From the human T2T-CHM13v2.0 reference genome, Homo sapiens, in the NCBI RefSeq assembly GCF_009914755.1, contig NC_060927.1: DNA of 64,000 bases. One strand, given 5' to 3'. Positions within the stretch are counted from its first letter, which is position 1. Every line of letters begins with the position of its first letter. The position numbers and the translations under genes are program-made. Positions 11,520 through 27,759 of this stretch are shown piece by piece. The notes under the pieces were generated by a model. The model was not told where the DNA came from and did no database searches. It worked only from the letters and a program-made list of their open reading frames with translations.

Positions 11520-12632
11520 GTAAGTTTGTTTGCCAGGTCTGTCTGCTGTCTGTTTTCTTTGTGGTGTGGTCGGAAAGGAGAAAAGACCACAGGAGAAGCT
11601 GTCTCTCTCTTGCTCGGTGCTGCTTGGGAGGTTGTTCATGGTCATGTGGTAGAGAAATTGCCATGTTGAATGATAGGCAGAGCAAAGGGACTTCAGAGAC
11701 ACAACTACTGCCCTCACCACCCCCCCATCTCCCGTTCCCAGGTCCCCTTGTCCCCTTGCCCAGGCTCAGTAGGTGCAAGTGACACTTGCAGGGCATGAGC
11801 ACAGGGCTGAGTTGAGCCCAGACCCCCTGCACTGCCACTCCCTTTCCCTTCACAGTTCTCTGCAGTGGGTGGACAGGGTTTCTAAGGCCTCCTCCGCCTC
11901 TCCAGCTCTGATTTCTCTAATCCTATGTCTTGTCTTTATCCTGATTTCTTAGATGCTAACCTGGTATCTTGGGTCAGCAAGGAGTTTTTCAGAAGGTGAA
12001 GGACAGAGTTAGACTGTCTCCCTCCCTCTCTCCCGTTTCCCTCTCTTCCACCCTCCCTTTCTTTTTTGTCCTTTACTAAATGCTTGGGCCTGGGACTCGG
12101 ATCCACACCCCAGTGATGGAGGGCTTGCTAATCAGATCTGCTGTGGCTTGTGTCTCTTGCTGTGGGGCTGACACCTCTCACTTCCTCTAAGCTGGTCAGA
12201 GTCCAGTGGTTGATGACCCATCTGGTTTCTGTCCTGTCTACACGCTGCTTCCTGAGAGCTGTCTGGGCCAGAAAACAGTTAATTCCTGAGAGAAGTGAGC
12301 TCCTGTTCCATTCCAGTCAGTTTTAGGCTTTAAAACATGTAAATCTTATTGAATAAGCCTAAAGACACTTCAAACATGCATCTTACTGAGGCAATCGTAC
12401 TTATTTTTGTGTGTTGAAGCAGCGTGCACCCAGGGCCAGGTTTTTACTGGGGTTTATGTTAATTCCTGGGGTCAGAGAGAGGACTGGTCCTGCCCTCAGA
12501 GCACAGAGGTGGGCCAGGGTGTAAAGGAGAAGCTGTAAACCGAGTGAGAATTGCCTAGGAAAAATCTGCTAACAGGAGTAGCCCTGCCTGGGAGGACTCT
12601 TCATCAAAGGGCCATGGCTTAGAATTTGTTCC

Positions 12633-12855
12633 TTTTATTTTGTTTTGTTGTGTTGTGTTGTGTTGTGTTGTGTTGTGTTGTGTTATGTTATGTTATGTTA
12701 TGTTATGTTATGTTATGTTATGTTATGTTATATTATGTTATTTCGTGACTCACTGTATTGCCCAGGCTGGTTTTGAATTCCTGGGCTCAAGTGATCCCCC
12801 TGCCTCGGCCTCCCAAAGTGCTGGGATTACAGGCGTGAGCCACCATGCCTGACCC
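12633..12855 (-). repeat. (TGTTG)n/(TGTTA)n pentanucleotide microsatellite as tail of a FLAM monomer
   Basis: Direct reading; FLAM at ~12745-12855. Confidence 0.9.
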
Positions 12856-13560
12856 AGGATCTTTTCCTTTTCTATCACTGATTTAAGCCATAAAACTTGA
12901 TGTCTTATCCTCTGAAAACATGCTCAAATAAAACATTATGGAATTCTTACACATCTTATTAATTAAATTTAAGGCCTTGTCAATTTCTCTCTAGTATAAT
13001 TTTTATTTGTGTTTTCTATTGAAAATTTATAATCTAAATGGGTCTTTTATTTGGCTATATTAATGAAACAGAAAAGAATGGACAGTGAAATATATATCCC
13101 TTTTACAACAGAGTGAGAAAATGTAAATTACAATGTAGGGAATAACACATATTTTCTAAATGTGTAATTTAGAAGTTTTTTTTTTTCTCCTTCTCTTAGT
13201 GGAATCTCCTTTATTTCACAGTTGATTTGTTTTTGCAGATGGAATGCAGAAAGGGGCCCTGTTATGCTAATTTCTAGAGAGAGCATTTGATCTTTGCAAA
13301 ACCACAGAAACATTCACCTCTGCCTTTTAAATATGCTATAAATGATTTGGGGGCCACCAGCTAATCTTCCTACCCTTCAGTTCCCTTATGACTAGGTGAG
13401 TAGGTAGAATATTTATCACAAGGTTTTTGACATAAATTGTGAAATTTATTTAAAATGTCATTTGTAAGTTATTTTCCATGTGATTTTGGGGCCATAGTTC
13501 TCAAGTATTTGATATATTTTTATCTTCTCCTAACTGGTTTTAGTTCTGCACTTGAAACAA

Positions 13561-14010
13561 ATTTTTTTCTCTCCTGTCCTCTTTTCTCTCCCCTCTCTTC
13601 TCTCTTCTCTTTTTTCTCCCCTTCCCTTCCCTTCCCTTCCCTTCCCTTCCCTTCCCTTCCCTCCCCTCCCCTCCCCTCCCCTCCCCTCCCCTCCCCTCCC
13701 CTCCCCTCCCCTCCCCTTCCTTTTTTTTTTTACAGTCTCACTTCTATCACCCAGGCTGGAGTGCAGTGGCATGATCTTGGCTCACTACAACCTCCACCTC
13801 CCAGGTTCAAGCAGTTCTCATCCCTCAACCTCCTGAATAGCTGGGATTACAGGCATGCGCCACCACGCCCAGCTATTTTTTTGTATTTTTAGTAGAGACA
13901 GGGTTTTGCCATGTTGCCCAGGCTGATCCCAAACTCCTGAGCTCAGGCAGTCCGCCTGCCTAGGCCTCCCAGAGTACTAGGATTACAGGCGTGAGCCGCC
14001 GTGCCTGGCC
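13561..14010 (-). mobile_element. AluS with tail expanded into (CCCTT)n(CCCCT)n polypyrimidine tract
   Basis: Alu 13721-14010; TSD gaaacaa..tttt at 13554 and 14011 brackets the tract. Confidence 0.88.
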
Positions 14011-14381
14011 GAAACAAGCTTTTCATGTATATAATGTATCAATCTTTGTTCACCCCAAACTATTTTTGGAAGCTGGCAAATAATAAATTATAATAGGAAA
14101 AAAAAATGGCAGTTTTTGGCAGAGTGGCCAGGTATGGGCCTCGGCACCTTCCTGCTCAGCCAAGGTCTGTTGTAGGAACGTTGACTGGGAGTGACTGAGA
14201 GGATTCAGGGTGCACCAATGCCAGGCTCAGGCTGAGCAGCTGGGTTGGTGTGTGAGTCTGGGACTCATGGCCCCAGGGGGAACTTTGGAGTCAGAAACTT
14301 CTCTGTTTTCACTGAGCCCTGATCTCTCATAAACACTGAAAAACTTGAGCAAGTCAGGCTGAAACTATCAGGAGCTGAAAC

Positions 14382-14676
14382 TTTATTTTACTTTTAGAGT
14401 CAGAGTCTCACTCTGTCACATAGGCTGGAGTGCAGTGGTGCAGTGCAGTCATGGTGTATTGCAATCTTGAACTCCTGGGCTCAAGTGACTCTCCCACGTC
14501 CACCTCCCAAGTAGCTGCGACTACGGGCTGGAGCCACCGTGCCTGGCTATTTTTTTTTGGTAGCAGTGGGATCTTGCTGTGTTGACCAGGCTGGTCTTGA
14601 ACTTCTGGCCTCAAGTGATCCTACCACCTTAGCTTTCCAAAGTGTTGGAATTATAGGTATGAGCCCCAGTGCCCGG
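14382..14676 (-). mobile_element. AluJ
   Basis: Diverged reverse dimer. Confidence 0.88.
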
Positions 14677-14728
14677 CAAAGGTGTAACTTTATAACTAGA
14701 TCTGGAAGAAATATAATGTTATAAATCC

Positions 14729-15159
14729 TGTTCTAGGTTTCTCTAGAGAAACAGAGCCAATAGGAGAAACATATATCGAAATGTATTACAAGGAATTGTG
14801 TTACTTGATGGTGGAGGCTGACAAGTCCAAGATGTGCAGTTGGCAAGCTGGAGGCCTGGGAGACCCAATGGTATAGTTGCAGTCCAAAGGCTTGACAGGA
14901 TTGAGGCCCGGGAACTGGTGTTCCAGTCCTGAAGACCCTGGGGGTGGGTCAGCCTGTTTGCTCTATTCAGACCCCAGCTGACTGGATGAGGTCCACTTCA
15001 CTCACAGTAAGGAGGCATCTGTTTTACTCAGCCTGCTTATTCATGTTCATCTCACCCAGAAACACTACCACAGACACATTCAGAATCATTCTTGACCAAA
15101 TTTCTGGCCACCCCATGGCCCAGTCAAGGAGACACATATTATACAGTTAGCCTTCACAG
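14729..15159 (-). mobile_element. MLT2 (ERVL) solo LTR
   Basis: ggtttctctagagaaacagagccaatagga...ccccatggcccagtcaag...ttagccttcaca. Confidence 0.8.
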
Positions 15160-15718
15160 ATCCTAATGGTGCTGCCATTTACTGAGGAGTAGCTCTGTGC
15201 CTGGCAGGTTTCCAAGTGTGGCTCCTGGAACTCATGTTGTCCTCAGCACAGCTCTGAGGTGGGTACTGTTACCACCTTCACGTTTGAGGAGGCACAGAGT
15301 AGGCAGCTTAACCTCTTGTATAAAATAGGGATCCTTGAGGTTTAGACCCGGCAGCATTGTTTTCTGACCCTCTTTAAGTTACTGTTCTTCATTTTTTTTC
15401 TGTTTTACTAATTTCATTTACTGTTAAATGGGGTTTTAAATTATGAAAATAACACATGCACGTGGTAAAACTTGAAAGTGTACCAAAGTATAGTCAGTGC
15501 AGAGCAGCTCTCACTCTACCATCAGTGCAGTTTAATGGGTAAAAAAATCATTCCAAGAAGTTTTTATGCACATATTCATTTTCTAAAAAACACAGATGGG
15601 ACCATATCCTATTCCTTGATCTGCATTGTAAGATGATTAACCATATTACTTAAAATGAATTCACATACTATTACCTTATTCTTTAAAATAGCGACATGAT
15701 ATCCCATTGTTTGGCTTT

Positions 15719-15761
15719 ATCATCGTCATCGTCATCATCATCATCATCATCATCATCATCA
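15719..15761. repeat. (ATC)n trinucleotide repeat
   Basis: Direct reading. Confidence 0.95.
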
Positions 15762-15778
15762 GTCATTTAATTAAACCA

Positions 15779-16134
15779 GGCTGTGGTCTGAATATTTGTC
15801 TCCCCAAAATGAGTATGTTGAAACCTAATCAGCAGTGCAAAGGTATCAGGTGGTGGAGCCTCTGGGAGGTGGTTAGGTCACAGGGGCAGAGCCCTGATGA
15901 GTGGATTAGTGGCCTTATAAAAGAGGTTTTGGAGAGCTAGCTAGCCTGTTCTACCCTGTGAGGACAGAGTGAGAAGGTGCCATCCGTGAACCAGGAACCA
16001 AGCCCTTACCAGACATTTGGTGGTGCCTTTATCTTGGACTTGTCAGTCCCCAAAGCTGGGAGAAATAAATGTTTGTTGTTGACAAGCCACCAGTTTATGG
16101 TATTTTGCTCTAGCAGCCTGAACAGGCTAGGAAA
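15779..16134 (+). mobile_element. MLT1A-type MaLR solo LTR
   Basis: tgtggtctgaatatttgtctcccc...ccttataaaagagg...gagaaataaatgtttgttg...gcagcctgaacaggctag. Confidence 0.85.
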
Positions 16135-16254
16135 ACTCAGCAGCTCTCAGTCCTGGAATACCTAATATTTCTTTTTAGAAGAAGCATTTTGTAATTCATT
16201 TTTTTGTTACCCTTAAATGAAATTCATAGATAACGAATCCTCTTAAAAACATAA

Positions 16255-16566
<312 letters not shown>

Positions 16567-18499
16567 AAACACATAATTTTAAAAGAATCAGTATAATGCC
16601 TTACCGTACTATAAAGGAGAAACTAAAGAAAAATGACATAGCTTGTATTTCAAATGTCGCTGAGGGGACGTGGCCTCATTAGAACACATAATGAGCAATT
16701 AGGCCCTGCCCCTGCAGGTAGAATTGCTGTGAAGGGGGCAGCCACAAAGGCAGTGAAGCATGCTGGCTACTCAAGGGTCCAAGACAGAACCACTGCAGCA
16801 GCCCCCATTGATGGGTGCTGTAAGTTGTTTTCAGTTCTTGCATTTTAAATGGTGCCTCAAGCACCATTCCTACTCACTCTTAGAAGCATTGGCTTAAACA
16901 GTGTGCAACAAGAAAAATGCATACAGTTTAAAGAATACACTTTGAGGTTTTCCACCTTCATCTTATTCCCAGACCTCTGCCTTTCCTCCCAAGGGAATGA
17001 CTGTTGCTTATCTTTCCAAAAATGTTCTGTGCATGCGTTTGTATGATATGTATGTCCCCTCCCCTGCTTTGAAAGCTTTCTACACACGGGAACATATACT
17101 AAACATATTGTTGCCTTTTCTCCTCAGTAATCTATATTGGAGACCTTTCCACTTAGCATACATCCATCATATTCTTTTTGCTGGCTGCCTATTTTTCATT
17201 GTCTATAAATCCCACGATTGATTTAATTAATTCCCTATTGTAAGACAAGTAGATTGTTTCCAGTATTCTGCAAATACCACTGGGTTGGGGATAGCCATGT
17301 TCCCACATATTTAAACAAATAAGTAATGAATGTATTTGTGTGAATTCCTAGGCTGGGGACTGTAATTTGATGGAGTGAGTCATAGAGGTTGTATATGGTG
17401 TGTGTTCAGACGATGTGGGAGAAGTGTGTGGGTGCTCACTGTCTGCACCCCTGGTATGAGCACATTTGCTCTTTGCCAGCTGAGGTGTATAAACGGCAGC
17501 AGCCCCTGATCTTGATTTACGTTCCTCAGTGTGTAGAGGCTGAGCATTTTCGGTATTTCCTGGAGGAATTTTTATTGTCTTTTCTGTGATCTGAGATAAA
17601 TGCTTAACAGTTTCTACTTTTAGCTCATGGAGTGATTGCCTCCAAAATTCTAATTACTATTTATATCCTATTTTTATACTTTCCTTTCCATCCCTCATGT
17701 AGCACATCACTGCCTGGTAGGCTTGGATTTCGAATTCTGGATTTTGAATACCATGCGGCACCTGCTGGGCGTACCTGAACTTTATATCAAGGACTCACCA
17801 CACAGTTTATGATTTGAGTTTTTAAATTTCCCAGACATCTGCCTTAGAAAACAGACCAAACACATACTGATAGGTTGGTCCATCAGAGTGTGCTCTGGGA
17901 AGGGTTGTGGAGGTCTCACCTTGTAAACTGCTGTGATACTGACAACTATGTGAACACCAGGGTCCAGTGATGTTTCTATTTCCGGAGGAGTATCTTGGAG
18001 GACCTTTAAGTTTTCCTTTCCTCCCTTCTTTTCATTTTTTTTCTTCTCACCCTCTTCTCTCCCCCATCTCTCCTTACCCACTTTCTGTCTGTTTCCTCTC
18101 CCCTCCCCTCCTCCTCACCCCGATATCTGTCCTTCCCCTTGCTGTCTCCTTTCTTCTCTTCCTCCATCCCCACTCCCCTCCTTTCTCTGCTTCTCTCCAC
18201 CTCCTCTTCCTTCAAGAAACAATGGCTTTCTTTTTTTTTCTTTTTAATAATTATACAGCTGAGGTGGATCTAGGTTGGTGACGCCTTTAGAAGCTTTGCA
18301 GCATTCAGTAGAGCTTCTTAAGTACAGGCAGCAGGCACTTCACGGGTCGTACTGGGTTAATGTTCTTTTGTGCTTTTCCAGCACATGGAGGAAGGGAAGT
18401 TGGGCCTGTGGTCAACTGACCCTTTCCCAGTTGAGTCTGCAGGTTGTGAGTGTGCAGTAAGTCTTTTGAATTATTAGCTGGAGTTAAATGGGAAGGAAG

Positions 18500-19400
18500 A
18501 GGTGAGGATATCAATAACGTGAAGCAGGAAGGCTGAAGACCGTGAGTTCTGTGGAGGGAACCTGACCTGCGGGAGAGAGGGAGGGAGAAAGAGAACAGAG
18601 AGCTCCAGCCAGCTCACCCTTTGGGGTGACTGGAAGCTGCCTAGAAGGTGGTTTTGCCCTAATTTACAAATTTACTGCCCTTTTGAGGCCTTATCTGGTC
18701 CAGGCTCACTTCCTACTCTGCTACCTTCTATCATGGTGTTGGAAAAGAAGGAGCGCCTAGCAGGGTGGGCCTTTTGAGCATGGGAGTCCACAGTGTACCC
18801 CTTGGAGCCCAGTTGCAGGGAGAGCAAGATGGACAGGTGGTTTCATCCAGAATTGGGTTTTGCTGTATGGGTGCCGTGAAAGTCCCATGAGAGTGAGGGA
18901 GGCCGAGCCTTAGGCACCAGCGTTGCTGGAGCCAAAGGGCTGGGGGATTCCAGCTGGACAGGAAGTGGGCGGTAGAGGCCATGCAGAGGAATTGAGGGGC
19001 TGGGGGTCTCCATGGAATAGCGGGGATAACTGAGGGAGAGCTGTGGGGGAAGGGGGTTGCAGTCAGGGAGGGGGTATCTAAATTCCAGATTTCAGAGGTG
19101 GCCCGGGTGTGGCTGGCAGAAGTGGCATGTGATAGGAGGGCCGTGGAGGTCCCAGACTTGAGAGCTGGGGAGTCAGGTGGTGTCAGGTGTAGGGGTGGCA
19201 GTGGCAGCCTGGATGAGTGGCTGCACTCGGTGGAGAGGACGGCCGCCAACCTCTACCGGGGCGGAGTTGCTGATGGGTGGACGAGTGGGCATAGGCGGGG
19301 GTAACCCAGCTGGATGGCCTGAGTCTCAAGCGAGCAAGGATTTTTAAAGGCAAATGGGAGGAAATGAGAGGGGGAGGTGGCCCAAGGAGCCAGAGGATGC
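18500..19400 (-). mobile_element. Probable degenerate L2 internal (ORF2 endonuclease region) fragment
   Basis: Purine-rich on +; minus-strand reading loosely resembles the APE endonuclease motif order of L2 (inference). Confidence 0.4.
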
Positions 19401-20069
19401 TGGCACCAACTCCAGACCTGAGTGCGGCAGCTCAGAGCAAGACCCTAATCTTGACCTTCCAGGAGGTTTAAACCCTAGTTTGATTTTGACCTAGATGATG
19501 GAACGTTTGCGTGGTACGAACTGAACCTTCTTAGTGGGAGAGATGGAAATGGTTGGAAAGACGATGGTGAGCTAAGCCTGTGGGCAGGGGCCCCTCCTTC
19601 AAACCCCAGCCACGCAGAGAGGGAGAGTCATGCTGAGGGGCTCTGACGTTCTTCTCTTAGTAGGAATTCTGTTCACTTTCCCAAACCAACATGTTCGGTT
19701 TCAGCTTATCTCATAAATATAATTATGCTCTTTTGTTCAGCTTTGAAAAATCCTGACCGTAGACCATTCAGGTCGTCATACCTTCAGGTTTGAACTCATT
19801 GCCCAGTGCTATTTTAACTGTTGTTTCTCCCTATTTATGTGAGTAGAAATGAGAAGGGGCAAAGCTGACTTTGTGACAGGGCCTGGAAGTTTTCTGTGCC
19901 CAGTGTCTCTTCCTTTGCCTTTAATTTGAATTCAGGCTGCCTGGGATGTGTGGTAAAGAATGGGCCTGTCCAGGTGAGGATGCAGCACCACCTAGTGGGC
20001 CAGAGATGCACTAGCAACAGGAGACAGGTTTTTGCAACTTTTGGAATGGATTGAAGGAAAGGGGAGTTA

Positions 20070-20480
<411 letters not shown>

Positions 20481-20680
20481 CTACCTTTATTCTCTTCCCA
20501 TCCACTCTGTTTACTGGAACTAATTCCAGAAGTAGTTTTTGTAAGGGACGGTGTCATTATAGCCAAGTGTGGCCATGTTTTTCTTGTGTAGACTCATGTA
20601 AGGAGATTCTGATGGGGGTGTAATTTCATTCCCATGTAGTGAACTTTATTCGAGCTGTCAGTGATTGTACTTTACAAGAC

Positions 20681-20980
<300 letters not shown>

Positions 20981-21006
20981 AACTTTACAGGACTTTAAAT
21001 TAGCTG

Positions 21007-21350
21007 TGTGTTAGTCAAGTGTTGCTGTAGGAGTGCTAACAGCCTCCAAATCCTAGTGGTTCCTACAACATTTATTTCTTGCTCACAGACATGGGTCATC
21101 TGAGGATTGGCTTTGTTTGTCTCTTATTTGGGGATTTGGGCCACAAAGTTGGGACCTACCTAAGGACATGTTCTCCTCTGGGCAGAGGACAAGAGCTCAA
21201 GAGGACAGACCCAACCACGCCACACAGGCATGCTTAGAGCCTCCCACTGGACATGGAGTTATGCCGGCCACAGCGAATCATGTGGCCCAGCCTGAAGTCA
21301 CAGAGTTGTGAAATATTTTGCCCATATTGGGCAAATAGTGAACCATAGCA
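21007..21350 (-). mobile_element. Old MLT1 (MaLR) LTR
   Basis: tgtgttagtca...tttatttcttgctcac...atcatgtggcccagcctgaagtca. Confidence 0.6.
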
Positions 21351-21561
21351 AGAGTGATTCAGGAAGGATGCAGGAAGAATTGTGGACAAAGTGAACAGCT
21401 TAGAGTTTAGAATATTCTTAGGTGACAGGAGTGGCACTGAATGGCCGAGGTACATTAGTTGCTTTCAGGAAAGCCTCGTGGTGCCAGTCACCTCTGAATT
21501 ATTGGCTTCTTCTATTAGCCCTGCTTGAGGAGGGGAAGGACATGACTCTTACGGCCTAGAG

Positions 21562-21781
21562 CAGGAGTTGGCAAACTCCTGTAAAGGGCCAGAGAGTAAA
21601 TCTTTTAGGTTTGCAGGTCAGAAGGTCTCTGTCTCAACTGCTTGTCTCTGCTGTTGCAGCACATGAAGCAGCCATAGACATTCCCTAGAGGAATGGGTGT
21701 GGCTGTGTTTGGGAAACACTTTTCTTTATGAAAATAGCAGAGGGCTGGGTTTCCCCTTAAGCCATAGTTTGCAGACTCCTG
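21562..21781. mobile_element. MER58A hAT-Charlie MITE
   Basis: TIRs caggagttggcaaact / agtttgcagactcctg; 8-bp TSD gcctagag/gcctagac. Confidence 0.88.
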
Positions 21782-21987
21782 GCCTAGACCTTCAAGGAAT
21801 GACCTCTGTCATGACACCAACTTAAGAGAGAACCACCTCTTTTTAGTTGGGAAGCCAAATAGTATTCAAAGAGCTGTTGGTGAGTCCAGCAATCCTCCAC
21901 CTATTTACTCCACGTTATTAAGCTGTAAACAGTCGTTTCAGGTCATTGAAAATCCCGGCAACCAAAGCTTATTGTTCTTAAGTATGA

Positions 21988-22407
<420 letters not shown>

Positions 22408-22490
22408 TAATCTTTCTCATGGATTCAGAGTTATCTTTTGTGATATCTTCTGTTTTCCAGAGATTTGCTGATGTGTTAAGGGTATGGTAC

Positions 22491-22906
22491 TGATGCTGGA
22501 TGTTTTGCTCATTAGCCCAGCAAGGTCAAGGTTCTTGTCTCATGACCAGGGAGAAGTAGGCACACGGACACTCAGAGAGAGGGGTCCTGAAAGCAGGTTG
22601 CTGGTTCTCCCTTCACAGTTGAATACAAGGGCTTCTCTGTCTGCTGATGGGGCTGTGTTCCCTATTTGTATAAGGTGTGAGTTTCTGGCGGCTCTACCCT
22701 GACCTTCCAGTGTGCATGCGGGCCCCTAGTCTGAGCCATTCCACATTGATTTATTTCCCTTACTGCGCATGTGTTAAGGGACTGAATTTTTCACTGCTGG
22801 CATGTTTAGGCAAGCCTCCTGTGCACAATGACCTTGGCAGCTCGAAAGTTCTCCAGGGACCCTCCCCTGTCTGCCTAGGAGAGTTCTCTGCTTCCTGCCT
22901 CTATCA
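22491..22906 (-). mobile_element. ERV1-class solo LTR (MER50/MER87-like)
   Basis: TGAT...ATCA termini, exact 4-bp TSD GTAC on both sides; minus strand starts TGATAGAGGCAGGAAGCAGAG. Confidence 0.8.
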
Positions 22907-22949
22907 GTACGTGTGCTCAGCAGGACTTACTTTCACATTTCTTATGGTT

Positions 22950-23170
22950 ACGTTTTTTCTTGTAACAGCTTCATTGAGATATAATTCATGCTTCATACAG
23001 TTCATCCATATAAAGTGTATAATTTAGTGGTTTTTAGTATGTTCGTGGGGTTGTGCAATTATCACCAGTTCAGTTGGTGAATCTGTTCAATTTCAGAACA
23101 TTTTCATTCACCCCCCGAAAAGCTCCTTTCCCTTTAGCAATCATCCCTCAGTCTCCTCGCATCTCCCACA
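22950..23170 (-). mobile_element. L1M 3' end fragment
   Basis: cagcttcattgagatataattca...tttagtggtttttagtat. Confidence 0.7.
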
Positions 23171-23182
23171 GTGTGGCTGCAT

Positions 23183-23487
<305 letters not shown>

Positions 23488-24747
23488 TGCGTTCTTAATA
23501 TGCTTTCAAAGATTTCTACTGTCATTGTTCTTGATTCCGACAGGCTTGCCCCTAACCTTGGAGAGCAGTGGTGGGGGATCGTTCTTGAGTGGTCATCGAT
23601 GCTATTCGAGGGTACACTTAACAGACATTTTATGGCTGGGCTCGTGTCTGTGATCCCAGCACTTTGGGAGGCTGAAGTGGGAGGATCACTTGAGCTCAAG
23701 AGTTTGAGACCAGATCCAGGAGGAGTGGTTCCAACATGGCCGAAAAGGAACAGCTCCAGTCTGCAGCTCCCAGCGTGAGTGATGCAGAAGATGGATGATT
23801 TCTTCATTTCCAACTGAGGTACTGGGTTCATCTCACTGCGGCTTGTCAGACAGTGGGTGCAGCCCATGGAGCAGGACGGGTCATCACCTCACCCAGTAAG
23901 TGCAAGGGGTCGGGGAATTCCCTTTCCTAGCAAAGGGAAGCCATGACAGATGGTACCTGGAAAATTGGGACACTCCCACCCTAATACTGCGCTTTTCCAA
24001 TGGTCTTAGCAAATAGCACACCAAGAGATTATATCCTGCGCCTGGCTTGGAGGGTCCCACGCCCACGGAACCTCACTCACTGCTAGCACAGCAGTCTGAG
24101 ATCAAACTGCAAGGCAGCAGGGAGGCTGGGAGAGGGGCGTCCACCATTGCTGAAGCTTGAGTAGGTAGACAAAACAGCCGGGAAGCTCGAACTGGGTGGA
24201 GCCCACTGCAGCTCAAGGAGGCCTGCCTGCCTCTGTAGGGAGGCAGGGCATAGCTGAACTTCTGGGGGCACTTCTGGGGGCAGGGCATAGCTGAACAAAA
24301 GGCAGCAGAAACTTCTGCAGACTTAAATGTCCCTGTCTGACAGCTTTGAAGAGAATAGCGGTTCTCCCGGCATGGAGTTTGAAATCTGAGAATGGACAGA
24401 CTGCTTCCTCAAGTGGGTCCCTGACCACCGAGTAGCCTAACTGAGAGGCAGCTCCCAGTAGGGGCCGACTGACACCTCATACAGCTGGGTGCCCCTCGGA
24501 GATGAAGCATCCAGAGGAAGGATCAGGCAGCAACGTCTGCCATCCTGCAATATTTGCTATTCTGCAGCCTCCGCTGGTGATACCCGGGCAAACAGGGTCT
24601 GGAGTGGACCTCCAGCAAACTCCAACAGACCTGCAGCTGAGGGTCCTGACTGTTAGAAGGAAAACTAACAAACAGAAAGGAATCCACACCAAAACCCCAT
24701 CTGTACGTCACCATCATCAAAGACCAAAGGTAGATAAAACCACAAAG

Positions 24748-26088
<1,341 letters not shown>

Positions 26089-27243
26089 AGACCATCAATG
26101 CTAGGAAGAAACTGCATCAACTAACGAGCAAAATAACCAGCTAACATCATAATGACAGGATCAAATTCACACATAACAATATTAACCTTAAATGTAAATG
26201 GCCTAAATGCCCCAATTAAAAGACACAGACTGGCAAATTGGATAAAGAGTCAAGACCCATCAGTGTGCTGTATTCAGGAGACCCATCTCACGTGCAGAGA
26301 CACACATAGGCTCAAAATAAAAGGATGGAGGAAGATCTACCAAGCAAATGGAAAACAAAACAAAAAAAAAGCAGGGGTTGCAATCCTAGTCTCTGATAAA
26401 ACAGACTTTAAACCAAAAAAGATCAAAAGAGACAAAGAAGGCCATTACATAATGGTAAAGGGATCAATTCAACAAGAAGAGTTTGAGACCAGCCTGGGCA
26501 ACATAGTGAGACCTCTTCTTTATTTAAGATAAAAAATAAAAATATAATAATAACAAAATAGACACTTTATGTGCACTGGAGTCTTGTGTATAGTGACTCT
26601 ATCACCTGAATAATTACTTTTTAAAATTATAATGTTGTATTTATTTATTTGTATTCTGCTTTGTAGGTTGTCCTTTGGAATTTTCCACATTTTGAATTTA
26701 TGTTTGTGTTTATTGGAAAATTGGTTCAAGTGAATGTGGAATCATTTTACTGTCAGGGTATATTTGTTTTTCTTAACTGCATATTGTCAGACTAATATTT
26801 TTTGGATGAGTTTGAAGTCTTTTAATATCCAGATGATCTCATTTGATGTTTTGAAAAAGTAACCATTGTTCATTTTTAAACAGAATTTCCTGTTCAGGAA
26901 ATAATTTAGATTAACAATAAAACAGATGAATGCATTGAATGGTAGAGGCACAGTTGGCATTGTGATTTCATGAGATTTTGTACTATTAATAAAATAAGTT
27001 TTCCTAATGTGGCACTTAACTTTTCCAGAATTTACCCCTTGATTGCCAGCTAACTTTGCTTGTCCCCTAGTTAGAGCCACCTTTGAAGGGGAAGACAGGA
27101 CAGTCAGGACAGGGGGAGGGATGTGGGCCTTGAACTCTGGCAGCTGCTCAGGCTACCTTGAAAGCCTTACAGAGTCTAATCATAAACATTGGGTAGAAAT
27201 GTTTTTGGACAACAGAAAGCAAGTCTAAGAAATCAATTATTTG

Positions 27244-27553
<310 letters not shown>

Positions 27554-27759
27554 TTATAAACAAGAAACTTCATCTGAACTCCCAGATTAGAACAGTAAAA
27601 CCCAAGAGGTTGGAGGGAGATGGGTGAGATTAAGTGCAAAAAGATTATTCTATTTTTGCTGTGGATAATTAGGAAAATACAGGTTAACCTCTTAGCCTGT
27701 AACCTCTTGGTCTGTTAACCTCTTTGCCTGTACAGATAGTACCTTTAAAGGTAACTATC

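Noticed and set aside
11520-11782. Extension of the TRAK1 exon 1 ORF to 117 aa
   Set aside because: Intronic read-through beyond the consensus GTAAGT donor.
18731-19249. 172-aa P/S/T-rich minus-strand ORF in a G-rich region
   Set aside because: Non-ATG start, no splice support or recognisable homology; best explained as an old L2 remnant with compositional bias.
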